Shown: positions 57,714 through 64,000 of the stretch, piece after piece | Numbering within the stretch: position 1 is the first letter of the stretch | Layout: every line of letters begins with the position of its first letter | Assembly: GCA_964512625.1 (NCBI GenBank) | Contig: CAZEKG010000001.1 | Coordinates: 217,413-281,412 of the forward strand | DNA: 64,000 nucleotides | DNA from: an uncultured Gammaproteobacteria bacterium | GTDB lineage: Bacteria > Patescibacteriota > Patescibacteriia > 2-01-FULL-39-33 | Direction: 5' to 3' | Notes under the pieces: generated by a model | Databases searched by the model: none | What the model was told of the DNA's origin: nothing | The model's input: only the letters and a program-made list of their open reading frames with translations | Program-made: the position numbers and the translations under genes

Positions 57714-58079
57714 TTAAAACCCGACTGCGCGCAAATGGAATTCCTCAATCACTTTTCTTACGGCCTGAGGCGTCTTGTCGATATGGATAACTCCCAACTC
57801 TTCCATCTCGGACGATCTTACGGAAGAAATCGAAAAAAGACTAAGAGTAGTCTTATTCTCGACAAGCTCTCTAGCTACTTCCAGGCCATCGTTACCGTGG
57901 CCAAGATCGTTATCTAAAAACACCGCTACTAAGTTGGGATGTTTATCTATTTCCGCCAAAACCTCCTCTTTTGATCGGCACCTTTTGATCAAGACCCTTT
58001 CGTCCCTACTGAACAAAAGAGCAAATGACGTCACTATCGGTTCATAGTCATCGACGAGCAAGAACTTAATTAAAGGCAT
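57714..58079 (-). CDS. single-domain response regulator (CheY-like receiver)
   Basis: LLVDDYEPIV...LVAVFLDNDLG...: acidic pocket and the phospho-acceptor Asp context. Confidence 0.7.
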   Translation of the reverse strand: MPLIKFLLVDDYEPIVTSFALLFSRDERVLIKRCRSKEEVLAEIDKHPNLVAVFLDNDLGHGNDGLEVARELVENKTTLSLFSISSVRSSEMEELGVIHIDKTPQAVRKVIEEFHLRAVGF

Positions 58080-58236
58080 TGATCGAATCCCCCTTGCCTA
58101 TTTTTTCCGACTAAAGAACGAGAATTTCATTTTATCAAAAATATTAAGATAAGTCGAAATATAAAAATTAAAGAAAATAAAGACCGGACAAGCATATTAG
58201 CTCATCCGGTTGATAATTTAGATTCTCTTTTCCGCC

Positions 58237-59334
58237 CTAAGGCAGGATGGAGAAATCAACTTGCCACATGACATTGCCATCAGAGGTGGCTTTGGTAACT
58301 TGGGCGGCCGTTCCGCTCGCTCCCGCCTCGACATAGTCAGGGTTGACGAACAGCCTGTCAGAACAGTTGTTCGTCTGAAAGAAGAAGTTAACAAAGAAGG
58401 TCGAGCTGTCGACAACTACTGTCGTCGGCTGATTTCCCCAGTCAACTCCGCTTCCCGTAAAGGTCAAGATTGTCGTATCGCCGTCTTGAGTGACAGTAAC
58501 ATTCTTAACCTCGAGAACGGTCCAAGGCGCCGAGGAAAGTTTACAGTAAATCCCGATTGCGGTGATATTACTGTAGCTAGTCCCCTGCGGTAAAACTCCC
58601 GGGTTACTCAAGATACTGGCCAAAGCCGCACCGTGAGCGTTGAAAACGACGGAATAAACCGCTTCCCCGGCGTTGTGTGTGACCGTAAAAGTCGCTGGTA
58701 CGGTCGCCGCGGGTAAAACAGTTAAGACGCCCGGCGTCGATTCAATCGGCGTATTGATACCGTCGCTGGCAACGCAGGTATAGGTCCCGGCGTCGCCTAG
58801 CGTCGCCGAAGTAACACTGTAGTTAGCCGAGGTCGCTCCCGTAACCGCGACTCCGTCTTTCTTCCACTGGTATGAGACAGTACCCTGTCCCGTCGCCACA
58901 ACGGAAAAGTCGAATGGCTGGCCGACAGTCTTACTCAGCGCCGTCCAGGGCTGAGTCGTAAACCGCAACTGGTCGTAAATGACCAAGTTGCAAACCGCGC
59001 TCTCCCGACTAATTCCCGAGCCGGTACTGGTTACTACGCATTTGTAGTTTCCAGCGTCGGTAAGGGCAACGGACGCAATACCGTAAGTCGCCGAATTGGC
59101 GCCTACGATATCAGCTCCTTCCTTCTGCCACTTGTACACAAATGGTCCCGTTCCAGAGACCACCACGCCTAGGTTGAGAGTTTGGCCAACAAACCGAGTT
59201 ACCGTCGCCGGTGGCGAGGAGTCAAGGTTGGGCGGCGTATGAACCATCAAGAAAACCGAGGGCGAAGGCACAACCGCCGCTAAAGCCGCCTGGCAGACAA
59301 CCAGGCAAAAAACCAATAGCATCATCTTTTTCAT
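58237..59334 (-). CDS. secreted protein with two Ig-like (I-set-like) domains; lies in the GC-rich segment
   Basis: Signal peptide. Repeats FVYKWQKEGADIVGANSATYGIASVALTDAGNYKCVVTS and VSYQWKKDGVAVTGATSANYSVTSATLGDAGTYTCVASD. Confidence 0.7.
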   Translation of the reverse strand: MKKMMLLVFCLVVCQAALAAVVPSPSVFLMVHTPPNLDSSPPATVTRFVGQTLNLGVVVSGTGPFVYKWQKEGADIVGANSATYGIASVALTDAGNYKCVVTSTGSGISRESAVCNLVIYDQLRFTTQPWTALSKTVGQPFDFSVVATGQGTVSYQWKKDGVAVTGATSANYSVTSATLGDAGTYTCVASDGINTPIESTPGVLTVLPAATVPATFTVTHNAGEAVYSVVFNAHGAALASILSNPGVLPQGTSYSNITAIGIYCKLSSAPWTVLEVKNVTVTQDGDTTILTFTGSGVDWGNQPTTVVVDSSTFFVNFFFQTNNCSDRLFVNPDYVEAGASGTAAQVTKATSDGNVMWQVDFSILP

Positions 59335-59567
59335 CGATTCAACCTCCTCCCCTCATCGGGGCTTGTTACTAAACATACATTCAGACAGAACAAGACAAAG
59401 TAACTTACCATATATCTTTATTTATGTCAATATATTTTAAGTTATTTTCTTATTTTTTAGCCTATTTTAGATATTATATATTAACTCCCAAAGAAATTTA
59501 AAGAAAATAAAAAGCGGGCTGTATTTCAAGCCCGCGAGGTGTAAAAAAGTACTGAGATCTTTGTCGT

Positions 59568-60308
59568 TTACGGCAAGGTCGCCGTTACAACGCAACGCCA
59601 ATAACCGCCATCAGCCGCGCTGATTTGAGCCACGCTGAGTTGGTCGCCGGTCAGGACCGCAGTCCCGATACTGGCGCCAAGATCGCCGTTATTGATATTC
59701 GTCCAATTCGTGTTGTCTGGCGAATGCTGCCACTGGAACGTGTAAGTCGTCCCAGCCTGGCCGCCGGAAGGCGTGGCTGTGAGAGTCATCGTATGCGGAT
59801 AGGTAGCATTGCCGTCCGGATACGGATTGACTGTCGTATTGTCGGCCATGACGGAAACCGTCGGCGCCGCATAAACGGTCAGCTGTGCCGAGTCCGAAGT
59901 CAAGCTAACGCCCGACCCGCTATTGGTCGTAATCACGCAACGGTAATATCCCGCGTTACCAAGGACGACGGACGGCGCGTTATAGGTCGCGGCTGTCGCA
60001 CCCACAACATCGTTAAACGTAACGTTGTCGGATGAGTATTGCCACTGGTAAACCAGGGCGGGTCCGGTCGCCGAAATTGAGAAGCCAGCCGGGTCGCCGA
60101 CATAGGCCGCCGTACTCGTCGGTTGCGCCGAAATGTTCGCCGTGCCATTGACGGTAATCAAAACCGCATTCGAATTGACCGTAACAGCAAGCGCCGGGAA
60201 CGACCCGAAGGTCATGGCAATCGCGAGAACCGCGGTCAACAACACTTTCGAAAGCTTCTGCTTCTTCATGAGTTCTTCTCCTTCTCCCGATATCCTCGGG
60301 AATTCCAT
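59568..60308 (-). CDS. secreted protein with Ig-like domains; lies in the GC-rich segment
   Basis: Signal peptide. YQWQYSSDNVTF...AGYYRCVITT... GGYWRCVVTA. Confidence 0.65.
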   Translation of the reverse strand: MEFPRISGEGEELMKKQKLSKVLLTAVLAIAMTFGSFPALAVTVNSNAVLITVNGTANISAQPTSTAAYVGDPAGFSISATGPALVYQWQYSSDNVTFNDVVGATAATYNAPSVVLGNAGYYRCVITTNSGSGVSLTSDSAQLTVYAAPTVSVMADNTTVNPYPDGNATYPHTMTLTATPSGGQAGTTYTFQWQHSPDNTNWTNINNGDLGASIGTAVLTGDQLSVAQISAADGGYWRCVVTATLP

Positions 60309-60344
60309 ATGCCTTTCGAATTGAGAGACGCTCCCCCAACTCGA

Positions 60345-61934
60345 TCATTCCACAGTCAGAGATTTCGTCTGCCCGGCAGAATCAGTTACCGAACAGATAT
60401 AGGCTCCCGTATTACTACTTGAAGCCTTGAACGAGAGAGTTGAGTTGGAGCCGACCGGTTGGCCGACTCGCTTCCAAGCGAAACTATAAGGCGGAATCCC
60501 GCCCCAAGCCTCGCAAACAATCTCCACGGTTGTTCCCGAAGAAACTGTTACCTGACTTTCATCAGGATAGCCTCTAACGTAGATTCGCGCCTTGAGCGGG
60601 TAGCTCACTGACGCGAAATCAATCAGGAAAAGACCGTTCTCCACTCTCGCTTCCTGTCCGTTGACCATGAGTTTCAGAAAGTTATGGTTGAAGCCATAAC
60701 CCTGAGTCCCCTGGCCCGTATAAGACAGGAGATCGAGATAGAACTTGGAGTTCCGATTAAGAGCGAGGCTAACCGGCGAACCGGCGCTGTTCACTCCTTG
60801 CGGACTCAGGTCAATCTCGATCTTGGGAGTAGAACCTAAAAAGTTGACTGTCCAGGCCTTGAAGATCCCCTCACTCTCGTTACCCAAAGCGTTCGGGTAA
60901 TAAGCAGCCTCGAAGATCTTGACATTCGACCAGGGCCAACCTGTACTCCAACCCAGCAAGATTTCCTCCGGTTTCTTCCCTGAAAGGTCGAAGGAGAAAT
61001 GGAAGCTGCCGCCCGGCGTCCCATCGTAAGTTAGGTACGCTGTCGTTTGTTCCACTTCAGCCGGAACCGAGAAGCTATCCGTCGGACTTGAGCCGTGGTT
61101 TAACTCGAAGAAGTCGCTGAACCCGTCCCCGTCCGTATCGATCTTCAAAGGATCCGTCTTATGAAGATGCTCCTCAAGGTTACTCAGTCCGTCCTTATCG
61201 GCGTCCTGAGTTGCATCGCCGGAGTTCAATGGGTTTAAGCCGTAACGAATTTCCCAACCGTCAAGCAAGCCGTCATCATCAGAGTCGGCAACCGTCGGAT
61301 TGGTATTCTTCGAATTCTCGGTGATGTTGTTGGCGCCATCGCCATCAAAATCACCGTAGGCTCCGTTTACTCCGACCGCACTATTAGGATCCAGTCCGTA
61401 CTGGATTTCCCAAGTGTTCGGCAGACCGTCGCCATCGACATCATTACTGCTCGGCGTTCGCCGTTTCAGCACGATATTTCTGACCTCAAACTTGCCGTTA
61501 GCGAGAGCGACTTCAAGTTTCATCGTCGCCGTTTGGAAGCCAAACGGAAAAGAAACATGAAAAACGAAACCGTCCGCCGTATTCTCGTAGGTCGTTTCCG
61601 AGGAAGTTTTCACTTCACCGTCATTGACAACAACGACAACCGGCGTCCCCGATCCAGTCGAATACTCGACAGTCAGAAGCGGATTACAATCCACGACCTT
61701 ACCGTCTTTCTTCTCCTGGACCAAGAGATCAAGAATCTTCCCTTCGGTTTCGATGACTGCCGGGTTATCCGTAACCTCGACATCAGTCGAAACCGGATTT
61801 CCCGCAAAGTCGTACAAACTGGCGAAAACCGCCAGCGTGTATTGAGGCGGCGGCGAAGGCGAAGGACAGCCCGTCAGGCCGGCCAAAGCCAGAAAAAACG
61901 CCACCATAAGCCACCCACTAATCCTACTCTTCAT
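60345..61934 (-). CDS. lipoprotein with thrombospondin type-3-like Ca-binding repeats and a C-terminal Ig-like domain
   Basis: Lipobox LALAGLTGC. Repeats DVDGDGLPNTWE, DFDGDGANN, DSDDDGLLDGWE, DADKDGLSNLEE, DTDGDGFSDFFE. C-terminal PYSFAWKRVGQPVGSNS...GAYICSVTD. Confidence 0.7.
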   Translation of the reverse strand: MKSRISGWLMVAFFLALAGLTGCPSPSPPPQYTLAVFASLYDFAGNPVSTDVEVTDNPAVIETEGKILDLLVQEKKDGKVVDCNPLLTVEYSTGSGTPVVVVVNDGEVKTSSETTYENTADGFVFHVSFPFGFQTATMKLEVALANGKFEVRNIVLKRRTPSSNDVDGDGLPNTWEIQYGLDPNSAVGVNGAYGDFDGDGANNITENSKNTNPTVADSDDDGLLDGWEIRYGLNPLNSGDATQDADKDGLSNLEEHLHKTDPLKIDTDGDGFSDFFELNHGSSPTDSFSVPAEVEQTTAYLTYDGTPGGSFHFSFDLSGKKPEEILLGWSTGWPWSNVKIFEAAYYPNALGNESEGIFKAWTVNFLGSTPKIEIDLSPQGVNSAGSPVSLALNRNSKFYLDLLSYTGQGTQGYGFNHNFLKLMVNGQEARVENGLFLIDFASVSYPLKARIYVRGYPDESQVTVSSGTTVEIVCEAWGGIPPYSFAWKRVGQPVGSNSTLSFKASSSNTGAYICSVTDSAGQTKSLTVE

Positions 61935-62120
61935 CTTCGTTCCTCCATCCCGCTTATAAAGCGGTTATGTTGCAAAATCCAAACTAAGTTTTCAAACATT
62001 CATGGCCGGAAACCATTCCTGCCAACGACATAACTTACAACAATTTCAATAATTTGTCAATACCCTTAAAATTATCCTTATTTTTTTCTTAATTTAGACT
62101 TTTTATGGGTTATTTTTAAG

Positions 62121-62160
62121 GGAAAATAAAACGACGCCATTTCATGCGGAAATGACGTCT
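62121..62160 (-). terminator. rho-independent terminator downstream of purC
   Basis: 11-bp arms gacgccatttc / gaaatgacgtc (one mismatch) around the loop atgcg, with a T-run on the minus strand. Confidence 0.5.
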
Positions 62161-62193
62161 TAAGTGTTAAATTCCAAGATAACGGGCTATCAC

Positions 62194-63120
62194 CTACTCT
62201 GACAACGCCAATGACATCGCCTGATCGATGGAAAATCCCTGAACTAGCCGCGCAACCAAAGCGTACTTTTCCTCGACTTCGCTCAAGTCATGACAATCGC
62301 GGAAAAGCTGTTTTGAAAGCTCTTTCCATTCTCGATCGCGGACTCGCCAGCTATCGTTGTCGATAACATCAGCGACGAGAAGCTCCCCATTCGGCCCGAG
62401 GCCAAACTCAAGCTTGAAGTCGATGAGCCGACAGTCAAGTTGAGCCCAAGCGCCCTCAAGAACGAGGAAGACATCGCGAGCGATTTCTTCGATTTGCTCG
62501 ACAGTAACCCCTGTCGACAGGATCGCTTCCCGATCGATATAGAAACCAAGACTCCAGCCATCGGCATAACTCGGAAGCTTCGGATGAACTGGTCTCCACG
62601 ACCTCACATAAGGATCCAAGATAAGCGGGTCGTCAATGTGACGATCGTTCTTCGGATCAATCGGGGTCTGACCGATTTTCTCGCCGCAAAAACTAGTAAT
62701 CCTGCCCCCCGTCGTCTTCAAGAAGAGCTCGAATTCCAGTCGGTCGAACCGGTAAGGAGGAGAGCCTGATGGCGTCGCCAGCTGCGGATTCCGATTGAGA
62801 TAACTGCCGACGGCGTAACGCCTGACAACAACTTCAAGGGGAATCATCTTGCAGTTAGGGACTAGGAACTCCCTTTCCGAAAGCTGCCTATGAAAGGCGA
62901 CGGGCAATTCCGCTTCCTTCAGTAGTTGGAAAACCGCACAAGTCGTGGCGGTCGCGTGCTTAGCTTTTGAGGACATTTCCCTGGTCGCCGATGGGTCGTC
63001 ATTTTTCGTAATGGCGTCCATGTTTTCGACGATTAGAGCTGTCGGATCTCCCTCAACCTCGTATAAGACCTTCGTCTTTCCCTTGGCAATTTCGCCGCCT
63101 CTTATTATTATATTTACCAA
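62194..63120 (-). CDS. purC: phosphoribosylaminoimidazole-succinocarboxamide (SAICAR) synthase, long form
   Basis: KGKTKVLYEVEGDPTALIV...DAITKND; MIPLEVVVRRYAVGS (compare yeast ADE1 LIPLEVIVRGY). Confidence 0.75.
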   Translation of the reverse strand: MVNIIIRGGEIAKGKTKVLYEVEGDPTALIVENMDAITKNDDPSATREMSSKAKHATATTCAVFQLLKEAELPVAFHRQLSEREFLVPNCKMIPLEVVVRRYAVGSYLNRNPQLATPSGSPPYRFDRLEFELFLKTTGGRITSFCGEKIGQTPIDPKNDRHIDDPLILDPYVRSWRPVHPKLPSYADGWSLGFYIDREAILSTGVTVEQIEEIARDVFLVLEGAWAQLDCRLIDFKLEFGLGPNGELLVADVIDNDSWRVRDREWKELSKQLFRDCHDLSEVEEKYALVARLVQGFSIDQAMSLALSE

Positions 63121-63224
63121 AACGACCTCCTTTTCCGGGCTTAGCCCGACCCGACACTAAAACACTAAAAACGAGCAATGCAAAGATAAGTTAACAGGAA
63201 AGAAATAAAAAGTCAACCTCAACC

Positions 63225-63962
63225 CTAACCCTTAACCGCCTCAACCGCTAAGCTTTCTAAGGGCATTCCCTGATATTGTTTCTTACTTATCTCTTTGTTT
63301 TCATTTAAAATATTAACTTTAAAACCGACTGATTCGATTATTCTTAAATATTCATCTCTCATCAAAGCGCCAGCTACGCACCCAGCTAAAAGCGCTTCAT
63401 CGTTTTTCTGACCTTCCGTCAAATCCCCTAAAAGGACGATATCGGATAAATAAATCCGGCCGCCTGATTTTAAAACTCGAAAGGCTTCGCGGAAAACTTT
63501 CTCTTTATCGGGCGCTAGATTAATGACGCAATTGCTGATTATGATATCGATCGATTCATCATCAACTGGTAATTTTTCAATATCGCCCAATCTGAATTCC
63601 GTATTATTATAATTATATTTTTCTGCATTAGCTTTAGCGCGGGCAATCATCTCTTCCATCATATCAACGCCGATAACCTTGCCACTCGCGCCGACTTTCT
63701 TGGCCGCTAAAAAAGCGTCAAACCCGGCACCGCTGCCAAGATCTAAAACAATGTCGCCTTCTTTTATTTTTCCAAGAGCGATCGGATTGCCGCAACCGAG
63801 ACCGAGATTGGCTTCAGGAACGGCATTAATTTCTTCGTCCGAATAGCCGATACTCTTAGAAATGTCCTTGGCACTCTTACAGCCGCAACCGCAACTTGAT
63901 TGAGAAACGGCAATACCGGCATAGCTATCCTTAACGATCTTTTTAATCTTATCTGAATCCAT
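63225..63962 (-). CDS. arsM: arsenite S-adenosylmethionine methyltransferase-like (ArsM) SAM-dependent methyltransferase
   Basis: Cys cluster [61 protein letters not shown] matches the ArsM core. Confidence 0.7.
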   Translation of the reverse strand: MDSDKIKKIVKDSYAGIAVSQSSCGCGCKSAKDISKSIGYSDEEINAVPEANLGLGCGNPIALGKIKEGDIVLDLGSGAGFDAFLAAKKVGASGKVIGVDMMEEMIARAKANAEKYNYNNTEFRLGDIEKLPVDDESIDIIISNCVINLAPDKEKVFREAFRVLKSGGRIYLSDIVLLGDLTEGQKNDEALLAGCVAGALMRDEYLRIIESVGFKVNILNENKEISKKQYQGMPLESLAVEAVKG

Positions 63963-64000
63963 ATTTAATGGTTATTAATTAGGTTTTATTACTATAGCAA

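Overview
This 64-kb window is a low-GC (~40%), gene-dense bacterial chromosome segment. Its gene content and style are consistent with a small-genome Patescibacteria/CPR-like organism; that lineage call is my inference from composition and gene content, not a database result.

Most of the window is housekeeping. It carries pyrG, rplI, a CtpA-like S41 protease, murA, tatD, cvpA, metG, rsmI, tsaC, a ZIP transporter, Rel/SpoT, topA, dprA, pth, parAB, glyQS, an M16 peptidase, smpB followed by a tmRNA, infC-rpmI-rplT, and four tRNAs (Ala, Leu, Met, fMet).

Three regions stand out.

1. An 8.6-kb co-directional block at 944-9552 is bounded by 39-bp perfect direct repeats, one of which is the 3' end of pyrG. 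It carries a complete diversity-generating retroelement (DGR). The DGR comprises a reverse transcriptase, a 121-bp template repeat (TR), and a variable repeat (VR) at the 3' end of a 1021-aa MoxR-like AAA+ ATPase gene. Fourteen of the 15 TR/VR mismatches fall on TR adenines. Also in the block are an Avd-like four-helix-bundle ORF on the opposite strand, an AbiEii-like nucleotidyltransferase pair, and a cytoplasmic transglutaminase-like + vWA protein. A 13-nt homopolymer sits in the 5' end of the RT gene.

2. A glycosylation/cell-surface cluster at 38.7-52.6 kb contains two GT4 enzymes, two large polytopic membrane proteins, an HprK-like P-loop + nucleotidyltransferase protein, and a 1797-aa tandem-repeat surface fibre protein.

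3. A compositionally distinct GC-rich segment (~52-58% GC) at ~58.2-63.1 kb encodes Ig-like-domain secreted proteins, a TSP3-repeat lipoprotein and a lone purC.

A ~350-bp gene-free gap between dprA and pth probably holds a structured RNA, possibly RNase P RNA.
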